This document shows positions 1-8,066 of a DNA stretch of 12,442 nucleotides, piece by piece. The notes under the pieces were generated by a model. It was not told the origin of the DNA and did not search any database. It saw only the letters and a list, made by a program, of their open reading frames with translations. A program made the position numbers and the translations under genes. The number at the start of each line of letters is the position of its first letter. Position 1 is the first letter of the stretch. The stretch covers positions 1 to 12,442 of the forward strand of contig JBHHXN010000152.1 of NCBI GenBank assembly GCA_046757025.1. The letters are read 5' to 3'. This DNA is from a bacterium. GTDB taxonomy: Bacteria; Zhuqueibacterota; Zhuqueibacteria; Oceanimicrobiales; Oceanimicrobiaceae.

Positions 1-97
1 CCAGGTTAAGAAAAATACCTTAAAAACCATTGATTACACAACTGCGAAACTTGAGATGCTTAAATCAAAACCGAATTCTCGCTTAAAGATTGCAAGA

Positions 98-126
98 ATG
101 ACAATCTTCGTTAAATGGTTTATATT
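98..126 (+). promoter_or_regulatory. Candidate sigma70-type promoter for the GH13 gene
   Basis: ATGACA (98-103), a 17 nt spacer, then TATATT (121-126), about 30 nt upstream of the GTG start. An inverted repeat AAGATTG (86-92)/CAATCTT (102-108) overlaps the -35 box. Confidence 0.45.
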
Positions 127-156
127 GAAAATGAAACGCATGCACAGGAGAGTTGA

Positions 157-3100
157 GTGATCCTTTATTTTAAATTGAAATTATTGAAATTCGAAAAGAA
201 CAAAGTTGCAGATGGATTGCGAAAATATCCCAGGAAGGAATTCCATGTTGCGAGAACGGCGCGCGACAAATATGGATTCGAGGAAACGGTTTTTACATCC
301 AGCGGCAATGTGATATTTGCGGATTTTCAAGCCGCCCGACGCTTTGCACAGAAAATGAACGCCGGCCGGGATCTGGTGAAATATCCACAGCAAGCGGTGA
401 AAGCAGGTCAAATAAACGCCATGGGCTTGATCGACGAAATTCTGCACTACTTGATCGTGCTTTACCGGCAGCAGGTAAAAGCCGCGGTCATGGCGGAAGC
501 GCTCACCTGGCTGCAAGAGAAAGTCGGATCAAAGTCCGTAGAAAACACGCTTTACCATTTTGCTGAGCATTTTCCCACACGGGATATTTACAAAGCGAAT
601 TCGGACATCCAGGCTTACCTTGACGGCAAAACCGACGGCGTTCCCAATCGCCAGATCGTTCTGGAAGAAATGCTCATGCTGTGGATCGCCAATCAGAATC
701 CGGCGTTTACCCCGTTTAATGAATTGTTTGATGACGCAAGTCTGGAAGCAGCCACCGCTTATTCGCACATCATGCAAAGTGTGACCGAGTTTTTTGAGAC
801 CCAGCCCAGATTTGGACCGGAGAACCAGAACCTCGTCGAATTGCTCAGAACGCCTGCGCTCAGGGAGCCGCATTCTCTTGAAAAACAGTTGTTGTTTATC
901 CGCAGACATTGGGGTTTGCTCATCGAACCTTATCAGGATCGGCTGCTCATCAGCCTGGGCATGATGAAAGAAGAGAACAAGGCGGTGTTCACCGGCCCGC
1001 CGCCGACAGTGGTGGCGGAATACGCCGGCGAGGAGTGGGAGCCCGAGCAATTCAGCGTGGACCTGCACTGGATGCCGCGGCTAGTATTAATTGCCAAAAG
1101 CACTCTGGTGTGGTTGGATCAGCTTTCTAAAAAGTACCAGCGCGCTATCAACCGTCTGGATCAAATACCCGATGAAGAGCTGGACAAATTAGCGCGCTGG
1201 GGATTCACCGGCCTGTGGCTCATCGGCGTCTGGCAGCGCAGCCCGGCTTCCAAAACCATCAAACAATTGTGCGGCAACCCGGAAGCCGAATCCTCGGCTT
1301 ACTCCTTGTTTGACTACGAAATTGCGGATGAAATTGGCGGTACCCAGGCGTTGATAAATCTTCGGAATCGCTGCTGGCAGCGCGGCATTCGCCTGGCCAG
1401 CGACATGGTGCCCAACCACACCGGCATCGATTCCAGATGGGTACGCGAGCATCCGGATTGGTTCATCTCTCTGCCGTACCCGCCGTTTCCTGCGTATTCT
1501 TTTACCGGCCCCAATTTGTCACAAGACCCGCGCTACGGTATTTTTATCGAAGACAAATATTTTGACCGCAGCGATGCCGCGGTGGTTTTCAAACGTGAGG
1601 ATTATTGGAACGGCGACGTGTGCTATATTTTCCATGGCAACGACGGCACCAGCATGCCCTGGAACGACACCGCGCAGTTGAACTACCTGAACTCGGAGGT
1701 GCGCGAAGCGGTGATTCAAAAAATATTGCATGTGGTGCGCTTGTTTCCGATCATTCGCTTTGATGCTGCCATGACCCTCGCCAAAAAGCACTTCCAACGT
1801 TTGTGGTTCCCGGAACCGGGCAGCGGCGGCGACATCCCCTCAAGATCGGAACACGGGTTGACCAATCAAGAATTTAACCAGCGTATGCCGCAGGAATTCT
1901 GGCGCGAGGTGGTGGATCGCGTGGCGCAGGAAGCGCCGGACACCCTGCTTCTAGCCGAAGCCTTCTGGCTCATGGAGGGGTATTTTGTACGCACGCTGGG
2001 CATGCATCGAGTGTACAACAGCGCTTTCATGAATATGTTGAAAAACGAGGAAAACGAAAAATATCGCAGTACCATAAAAAATACCATTGAATTCAATCCG
2101 GAAATCCTCAAACGCTATGTGAATTTCATGAACAATCCGGACGAAGATACCGCTCTGGCGCAATTCGGCGACGGCGATAAATATTTCGGGATCTGCTTGA
2201 TGATGGTCACCATGCCCGGACTGCCCATGTTTGGTCACGGCCAGATCGAGGGCTTTTCTGAAAAATACGGTATGGAATACCGCCGGGCTTACTGGGATGA
2301 GCCGGAAAACCAGGGGTTGATTCAGCGGCATGAGCGGGAAATTTTTCCGGTCATGAAAAAACGCTACCTGTTTGCGGAAGTGGAAAATTATCTGTTGTAC
2401 GATTTTTTCAATGCCGAGGGCCGAGTCAACGAAAACGTGTTTGCTTATTCTAACCGATTTCATGACCAACGCGCGCTGGTGGTTTACAACAACAAATTTG
2501 AGCATGCCCGCGGGTGGATCCGAACGTCGGCCGCGTATGCCGCTAAAACCGGCAATGGCAAGGAAATCCGATTGCAGCAAAAAAATCTAGGCGAGGGTCT
2601 GGGTCTGCCGTACGATGAAAACAGCTATTGCATTTTTCGCGATCAAATCGGCGGTTTGGAATACCTTCGCAATTGCAAAGAGCTGCATGAAAACGGCCTT
2701 TATGTGGAATTGGACGCGTACAAGCATCACCTGTTTTTGAATTTTCGGCTGGTGCAGGACAATCCGTGGCGGCACTACGCGCAACTGTGTCACGAGTTAA
2801 ATGGCCTGGGCGTGGCCAGTGTGGATGAAGAATTAAAAGAGCAAACTTTCAAACCGCTGTTGGCCTCTTTCGAAGCTTTGTTGAATATTCCGGATTTCGA
2901 AGAAGTTTTTACCGTGCCCGCAGATTCTGAAAAAAACAAAAAACGAGCGGAATTTCTAAAGGAATTTGAAAAAAAGTATCTTGATTTTTTGAGGCAAGTA
3001 AAAAAGTTTGCGCTTGCCGATGGGGATGAATCAAAATTGTGCAGCGAAGTCAGCGCGAAATTAAAGAGTTTGCTCGGCCTCCCACATTTTAACAGCCAAT

Positions 3101-3705
3101 ATTCTGTGCCGCAATCCCGAAAATATCAGTCTGCGGTGAGATATTTGCAAGGCCGATTTATCGATGAACCGCGCGTCTGGTCGGGGCTTTATCTCTGGCT
3201 GCTGCTGCATGGTCTGGGTAAAATTGCCGGTGACTTGAAATTTGCTGAGCGCAGCCGTAGCTGGCTCGACCAGTGGCTACTGGGGAAACGGGCACAATCT
3301 TTTATCAAGTCACTGATTCCCGATGAGGCACAAACCCAAGCCGATGTACTGCTGATAAATAATCTCATCGTTTATCAGAATTGGTATAAAGATCTGCGAC
3401 CGAAAAAATTGCGTGAACACCGCATTCTAAAAAATCTTGTTAAATCAAGTGAAGTCCAGCGCTACCTTCAAATCAATCGATTCGAGAACGTCTTCTGGTT
3501 CAACAAAGAGCGTTTTGAAGAGTTGTTGTGGTGGCTGTTTGCGGTGGTTGTGCTGCAGCTCACTTCTCAGCCGAACCAGTCTCACGAACAAACCGTTGAG
3601 GCCATCCTGGAGGTTTACGGGATTATTCAGAAATGGCAGCGAGCTGAAAAAGGCTCAGAATACAAGGTGCAAAAAATGTTGAGTTTGTTGAAAAATAAAA
3701 AGTAG
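157..3705 (+). CDS. Large alpha-amylase family (GH13) glycoside hydrolase with uncharacterised N- and C-terminal extensions
   Basis: 1182 aa ORF; GTG start 6 nt after AGGAG (146-150). GH13 regions are visible: GFTGLWLIGVW (beta2), DMVPNH (region I), IRFDAAMTL (nucleophile D536), LLAEAFW (acid/base E601), FMNNPDE (region IV, D662), TMPGLPMFGHGQ (region VII). No signal peptide is evident. The start could instead be TTG at 217. Confidence 0.9.
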   Translation: MILYFKLKLLKFEKNKVADGLRKYPRKEFHVARTARDKYGFEETVFTSSGNVIFADFQAARRFAQKMNAGRDLVKYPQQAVKAGQINAMGLIDEILHYLIVLYRQQVKAAVMAEALTWLQEKVGSKSVENTLYHFAEHFPTRDIYKANSDIQAYLDGKTDGVPNRQIVLEEMLMLWIANQNPAFTPFNELFDDASLEAATAYSHIMQSVTEFFETQPRFGPENQNLVELLRTPALREPHSLEKQLLFIRRHWGLLIEPYQDRLLISLGMMKEENKAVFTGPPPTVVAEYAGEEWEPEQFSVDLHWMPRLVLIAKSTLVWLDQLSKKYQRAINRLDQIPDEELDKLARWGFTGLWLIGVWQRSPASKTIKQLCGNPEAESSAYSLFDYEIADEIGGTQALINLRNRCWQRGIRLASDMVPNHTGIDSRWVREHPDWFISLPYPPFPAYSFTGPNLSQDPRYGIFIEDKYFDRSDAAVVFKREDYWNGDVCYIFHGNDGTSMPWNDTAQLNYLNSEVREAVIQKILHVVRLFPIIRFDAAMTLAKKHFQRLWFPEPGSGGDIPSRSEHGLTNQEFNQRMPQEFWREVVDRVAQEAPDTLLLAEAFWLMEGYFVRTLGMHRVYNSAFMNMLKNEENEKYRSTIKNTIEFNPEILKRYVNFMNNPDEDTALAQFGDGDKYFGICLMMVTMPGLPMFGHGQIEGFSEKYGMEYRRAYWDEPENQGLIQRHEREIFPVMKKRYLFAEVENYLLYDFFNAEGRVNENVFAYSNRFHDQRALVVYNNKFEHARGWIRTSAAYAAKTGNGKEIRLQQKNLGEGLGLPYDENSYCIFRDQIGGLEYLRNCKELHENGLYVELDAYKHHLFLNFRLVQDNPWRHYAQLCHELNGLGVASVDEELKEQTFKPLLASFEALLNIPDFEEVFTVPADSEKNKKRAEFLKEFEKKYLDFLRQVKKFALADGDESKLCSEVSAKLKSLLGLPHFNSQYSVPQSRKYQSAVRYLQGRFIDEPRVWSGLYLWLLLHGLGKIAGDLKFAERSRSWLDQWLLGKRAQSFIKSLIPDEAQTQADVLLINNLIVYQNWYKDLRPKKLREHRILKNLVKSSEVQRYLQINRFENVFWFNKERFEELLWWLFAVVVLQLTSQPNQSHEQTVEAILEVYGIIQKWQRAEKGSEYKVQKMLSLLKNKK

Positions 3706-3869
3706 GTGGCTGATATTTTAAACCTCTGTCTGATTGAACAGTGCCGAAAAATAGCAGGAAGACAACGGGCATGGTGAGCAGTAATTGCAAAGATTCTTAC
3801 AGGATGAAATTGGTAAGCTATTTTTGAAATGGTAAAACTTTAAATATTTTTTCACACCGGCTTGAAATA

Positions 3870-4796
3870 ATGTCCTTCGAACCCGCGTACATAAAGACCT
3901 TTGAATCAGGGGTTTTGCAGCAGAAAGTTCAACAAGCTCTCAAATTGTTGACATCCTGCACGGTCTGTCCGCACGACTGTCGGGTTAATCGCCTGCAGGA
4001 CGAGTACGCGGTCTGTCGCACCGGCAGGCAGGCAAAAGTCAGCTCCTATTTTCCGCATTTTGGTGAAGAACACTGCTTGCGCGGCTGGAAAGGCTCCGGC
4101 ACGATTTTCTTTTCCAATTGCAATTTAAAATGCGTGTTTTGTCAAAACTACGACATCAGCCAATTGGGGCAGGGTAAATTGGTGAGCCCGAACGAGCTGG
4201 CGCAAATGATGCTGAAGCTGCAAGCCCAGGGATGTCACAACATCAATATGGTCACGCCGGAGCATGTGGTACCGCAAATATTAGAAGCGCTGCATTTAGC
4301 CGCAAGGAATGGTTTGCGGCTGCCGATTGTTTACAATACCAGCGCCTACGATTCGCTGGATAGCCTGCAGTTGTTGGACGGCGTTGTGGATATCTACATG
4401 CCGGACTTCAAATTCTGGCATGCCAGCCAAGCGCGAAGATTGGTAAAAGCGGAGGATTATCCGCAGACTGCCAAAAGGGTCATCAAAGAAATGCATCGTC
4501 AGGTGGGAGATTTGGTTATCAACAAAGACGGTCTGGCAGAGAGAGGCGTTTTACTTCGGCATCTGGTCATACCGGGAGATTTGGCAGGTACCTGCGCGAT
4601 CTTACAGTGGATTGCCACCGAGCTTTCATCCAATACATTTGTGAACATCATGGAACAGTACCGACCGGCTTACAAGTCCAGTCGCTACCCGGAAATTCAT
4701 CGCTCGCTTGCAGGGTCCGAATTTCAGCAAGCCCTGACCATAGCCCGCGACGCGGGCTTGAAAAGACTCGACCACAAGTTCGCTGCATTTTATTAA
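3870..4796 (+). CDS. pflX: Radical SAM protein, PflX-like (putative pyruvate formate-lyase activating enzyme-like family)
   Basis: CxxxCxxC motif CNLKCVFCQN preceded by HFGEEHCLRGWKGSGTIFF. N-terminal CTVCPHDCRVNR. Family-typical DIYMPDFKF, LLRHLVIPG and VNIMEQYRP. The true function of this family is not established. Confidence 0.85.
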   Translation: MSFEPAYIKTFESGVLQQKVQQALKLLTSCTVCPHDCRVNRLQDEYAVCRTGRQAKVSSYFPHFGEEHCLRGWKGSGTIFFSNCNLKCVFCQNYDISQLGQGKLVSPNELAQMMLKLQAQGCHNINMVTPEHVVPQILEALHLAARNGLRLPIVYNTSAYDSLDSLQLLDGVVDIYMPDFKFWHASQARRLVKAEDYPQTAKRVIKEMHRQVGDLVINKDGLAERGVLLRHLVIPGDLAGTCAILQWIATELSSNTFVNIMEQYRPAYKSSRYPEIHRSLAGSEFQQALTIARDAGLKRLDHKFAAFY

Positions 4797-4804
4797 ATTT
4801 GCTC

Positions 4805-4833
4805 TTGCATTTGAAGTAACAAATAGTCATATT
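4805..4833 (+). promoter_or_regulatory. Candidate sigma70-type promoter upstream of element 1 and the vWA-AAA pair
   Basis: TTGCAT (4805-4810), a 17 nt spacer, then CATATT (4828-4833). The region is AT-rich, so a chance match is possible. Confidence 0.3.
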
Positions 4834-4840
4834 AATTTTA

Positions 4841-4998
4841 TAATTAGTGTCCATCCTTAAAGAGCCTTTTTTGTCATTCCCGCAATCTTTAAGCGGGAAT
4901 CCATTGGTCCGTTAGGCATGAGATTCCCGACGAGCTTGTCCCTGCATGTTGTAAGCAGGGAGCATTCGGGAATGACGATTACGGATGGACTCTAATTA
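4841..4998. mobile_element. MITE-like element 1 with terminal inverted repeats and an internal REP-like palindrome pair
   Basis: 4841-4860 TAATTAGTGTCCATCCTTAA is an inverted repeat of 4979-4998 TTACGGATGGACTCTAATTA (18/20). TAATTA occurs at both outer ends. No coding capacity. Confidence 0.7.
4873..4976. repeat. REP-like inverted hairpin pair (GTCATTCCCG...CGGGAATGAC type)
   Basis: GTCATTCCCG (4873-4882) and CGGGAATGAC (4967-4976) form a perfect 10 bp inverted repeat. Hairpin A is ATTCCCGC-N9-GCGGGAAT (4876-4900). Hairpin B is ATTCCCGA (4923-4930)...TCGGGAAT (4966-4973). Confidence 0.85.
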
Positions 4999-5061
4999 GT
5001 GCGAAAAAGATAAAAAACGTAAGTAACTAAGTATTTATTTTTAGACGCTGTTATTTTATTC

Positions 5062-6159
5062 ATGATTTTCCGATATTCCGAATGGCGCGAAGAACAAGAT
5101 AAAAGCAAGCTCACCTTTGATGAGCTCATGCGTTTATTCAGCCAACTGCTGCTGCACACCAGCGGCGACGTCAACGAGGCGCTGCAGTGGCTGACCGATC
5201 TCGACAACGAGTACCAGCTTTTCGATGACCAGGAGGGAGTGGGTTTCGATGAGTTTCTGGACTGGTTGAAAAAGGAAGGCTACATCGAAGAGTACAACGA
5301 CATTCTGTCGCTCACGCACAAAGGTTCACGAAGAATTCGTCAGGACGCTCTGGACGAGATTTTCACTTCCCTGCGCAAGAGCCCGATGGGTGAGCACGAG
5401 TCGCCGTTTTCCGGCGAAGGCATCGAGCGGCTGAGTGAGACCAAGCCGTTTAAATTTGGCGATCAGCCATCCAACATCGATTTTACTTCCACCATCAGCA
5501 ACGCCATCAAACGCGATGGGCTGGACAATTTCAATCTCAAAGAAGAGGATTTCGAAGTTTACGAAACCGAGCACCTGACTTCCTGCGCCACGGTTTTGAT
5601 GCTGGACATCAGTCACAGCATGATCCTGTACGGCGAAGATCGCATCACCCCGGCCAAGAAAGTGGCGCTGGCACTGTCTGAAATGATCATCACCCGCTAC
5701 CCAAAAGACAGCCTCGACGTGGTGGTGTTTGGCGATAAAGCGGTGGAAGTAGATATGGAGGACATTCCCATGATCGCGGTCGGTCCGTACCACACCAACA
5801 CCAAAGACGCACTGGAGCTGGGTTTGCGGATTTTGAAACGCAAGCGCAACGTCAACAAGCAAATCTTCATGATCACCGATGGCAAACCGTCGGCGATTTT
5901 TGATCGCGGCCGGCTGTACAAAAATCCGTTTGGACTGGATCGCAAGATCGTCAACCAAACCTTGAACTCGGCACGCGATTGCCGAAAAAATAAAGTAACC
6001 ATCACCACCTTCATGGTGGCTCGAGATCACTGGCTTGTTGATTTTGTCAAGCAATTGACGGAGGTGAATAAAGGCCGGGCCTATTACTCGTCCCTGAACA
6101 AATTAGGCGAATATATTTTTGTGGATTATATTCGTAATCGCAAACAACGATATAGATGA
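5062..6159 (+). CDS. von Willebrand factor type A (vWA) domain protein, partner of the adjacent AAA+ ATPase
   Basis: 365 aa with an intact MIDAS: LMLDISHS (DxSxS), YHTNT (T), MITDGKPS (D). It lies directly upstream of the ChlI-like ATPase. Confidence 0.88.
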   Translation: MIFRYSEWREEQDKSKLTFDELMRLFSQLLLHTSGDVNEALQWLTDLDNEYQLFDDQEGVGFDEFLDWLKKEGYIEEYNDILSLTHKGSRRIRQDALDEIFTSLRKSPMGEHESPFSGEGIERLSETKPFKFGDQPSNIDFTSTISNAIKRDGLDNFNLKEEDFEVYETEHLTSCATVLMLDISHSMILYGEDRITPAKKVALALSEMIITRYPKDSLDVVVFGDKAVEVDMEDIPMIAVGPYHTNTKDALELGLRILKRKRNVNKQIFMITDGKPSAIFDRGRLYKNPFGLDRKIVNQTLNSARDCRKNKVTITTFMVARDHWLVDFVKQLTEVNKGRAYYSSLNKLGEYIFVDYIRNRKQRYR

Positions 6160-6222
6160 CTTTATATTCGGGCAATGGATTGATTTTACTCATTGCCGGC
6201 TGTAATGCTAAAAAGGAGTAGT

Positions 6223-7722
6223 ATGAACAAAGCGAAAACTATTGGTGAATTGCGCAAATCTGGCTACCGTGTGTTGCCGGTGAAACAGGAAATGCGCAAC
6301 AATTTAATACATAAATTACAAAATAATGAAACCATCTTTCCAGGCATCGTGGGGTATGACGACACCGTGATTCCCGCCCTGTGCAACGCGATTTTATCGT
6401 ATCACGATTTGATCCTGCTGGGCCTGCGCGGGCAGGCGAAAACCAAAATCCTGCGCTTGCTGCCCGGTTTGCTGGATGAGTACATCCCCATCATCAAAGG
6501 ATGTGAAATCAACGACAACCCGTTCATGCCGGTGTGTAAAGCTTGCAACGATAAAGTCAAAAGCGACGGCGAGGACATCGAAATCGAGTGGCTGCATCGC
6601 GATGAGCGCTATGGCGAGAAGCTGGCCACACCCGACGTCACCATCGCCGATTTGATCGGCGATATCGATCCCATCAAAGCCGCGGCCAACCGGCTGCACT
6701 ACGCTCATGAAGGCGTCATTCATTTCGGCATCATTCCGCGCACCAACCGCGGCATCTTCGCTATCAATGAGCTGCCCGATTTGCAGCCGCGAATTCAGGT
6801 GGGGTTGTTCAACATCATGCAGGAAAAAGACATTCAGATTCGCGGCTTTCCGGTGCGCATTCCCCTGGATGTGGTCATCGTCTATTCCGCCAATCCGGAG
6901 GACTACACCAATCGCGGCAATATCATCACGCCGTTAAAAGACCGCATCGGCTCGCAGATCATGACCCACTATCCCGACGACATTCGCACCGGCATGCAGA
7001 TAACCGCGCAGGAAGCCAGAGAAAAACGGGACGGCGGTAAAGAAGTTTGCGTACCGCAGTTGTTTCGTGAGATTGTCGAGCAAATCGCGTTTGAGGCGCG
7101 CAAGAGCGAGTTCGTGGATCAGAAATCCGGCATCAGTGTGCGCATGACCATCACCAGCCTGGAAAATCTCATCAGCAATGCCGAGCGCCGGGCCATCCGA
7201 CACAATGAGAAGGTGGTGATCCCGCGTATTTGTGATCTCTACGCCACACTGAATTCCATCATCGGCAAGATCGAGCTGGTGTACGAAGGAGAGCAGGAGG
7301 GAGAGATGAACGTCGCAAAAGCCCTCATCGGCAAGGCGGTGAAAACCATCTTTCACAAATATTTTCCTGAGCCGTACGCGTCCATGAAAAAAGGCGAAAA
7401 CATTTACACCGAAGTGGTGAGCTGGTTTAAAAACGATCAGGCCATCCATTTGTCTGATGAAATGAGCACGTCTGATTATGTGGAGGAACTGCAAAAAGTT
7501 AAAGGGCTCAAAAAACTGGTAAATCGATTCATGGAGGTCGAGCATCCAGATAATCCCGACGCCGTGGCAGCGGTCATGGAATTTGTGTTGGACGGTTTGC
7601 ACCAAAACTCCATGCTCAGCAAGGATTTGGTGGACAACCAAACTTCTTACACAGACATGCTCAACACCATGATGAGCTCCCTGAGCTCAGATGATAGCGA
7701 GGATTTTTTTCGCGACAATTGA
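6223..7722 (+). CDS. ChlI/MoxR-clade AAA+ ATPase (magnesium chelatase subunit I-like)
   Basis: Walker A variant GLRGQAKT, ADLIGDIDP, RTNRGIFAINELPDL (Walker B variant), SANPEDY (sensor I), PLKDRI (Arg finger), GISVR (sensor II). The start is moved from TTG 6193 to ATG 6223 because AGGAG lies at 6214-6218. Confidence 0.88.
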   Translation: MNKAKTIGELRKSGYRVLPVKQEMRNNLIHKLQNNETIFPGIVGYDDTVIPALCNAILSYHDLILLGLRGQAKTKILRLLPGLLDEYIPIIKGCEINDNPFMPVCKACNDKVKSDGEDIEIEWLHRDERYGEKLATPDVTIADLIGDIDPIKAAANRLHYAHEGVIHFGIIPRTNRGIFAINELPDLQPRIQVGLFNIMQEKDIQIRGFPVRIPLDVVIVYSANPEDYTNRGNIITPLKDRIGSQIMTHYPDDIRTGMQITAQEAREKRDGGKEVCVPQLFREIVEQIAFEARKSEFVDQKSGISVRMTITSLENLISNAERRAIRHNEKVVIPRICDLYATLNSIIGKIELVYEGEQEGEMNVAKALIGKAVKTIFHKYFPEPYASMKKGENIYTEVVSWFKNDQAIHLSDEMSTSDYVEELQKVKGLKKLVNRFMEVEHPDNPDAVAAVMEFVLDGLHQNSMLSKDLVDNQTSYTDMLNTMMSSLSSDDSEDFFRDN

Positions 7723-7811
7723 GATGGACGCAACATCGACATCGGGAAACCAATTCCGCGGCTATTTGCAGGGGGACTAAGATTTTTGGCTCATTTCTGA
7801 CAGTGAATGAT

Positions 7812-7944
7812 TAAATAGTGATTGACCGAAAAGTCCAAATTTCTTCACCCTGAGCGAAGTCGAAGGGTGATAAGCTGTTGTTTTTAAGTCATGCTTCGAC
7901 TCCGCTCAGCATGAAGACGCTCGTTTTCGGTCAATCACTAAGTA
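7812..7944. mobile_element. MITE-like element 2 with perfect 17 bp terminal inverted repeats and an internal REP-like pair
   Basis: TAGTGATTGACCGAAAA (7816-7832) and TTTTCGGTCAATCACTA (7924-7940) match 17/17. The flanking hexamers are TAAATA (7812-7817) and TAAGTA (7939-7944). Confidence 0.75.
7843..7916. repeat. REP-like inverted pair (CTGAGCGAAGTCGAAG type)
   Basis: CTTCACCCTGAGCGAAGTCGAAG (7843-7865) and CTTCGACTCCGCTCAGCATGAAG (7894-7916) form a 20/23 inverted match. A local hairpin TCACCCT (7845-7851)/AGGGTGA (7864-7870) is also present. Confidence 0.85.
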
Positions 7945-8066
7945 GTGATTTCAAATTTCGGGGTTACGTCTGGTACCGATGCAGGTCTGACGGACGGTTT
8001 GCGTCTGTGAAAATTGCCTGGTTCAATCGAATTTTAAAACATCCTTTAGGTGCAAAGAGGGTCAAC

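Noticed and set aside
131..144. LacI/cre-like operator ATGAAACGCATGCA upstream of the GH13 gene
   Set aside because: Symmetry around the central CG is poor and the match is too weak to support.
4841..4998. CRISPR array or integron attC interpretation of the palindromic repeats
   Set aside because: There are no regularly spaced direct repeats with spacers, no cas or intI genes, and no RYYYAAC...GTTRRRY ends.
7950..8025. c-di-GMP-I riboswitch-like words near the HD-GYP gene (CGGGGTTAC on +; GGCAA...GACGCAAA on -)
   Set aside because: The motifs are split between strands, the spacing is too short, and there is no GNRA-capped stem. An Infernal scan would settle it.
7878..8066. 63 aa N-terminal extension of the GAF/HD-GYP ORF
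   Set aside because: It begins at a TTG inside element 2 with no RBS. ATG 8067 has a plausible RBS and sits just before the GAF region.
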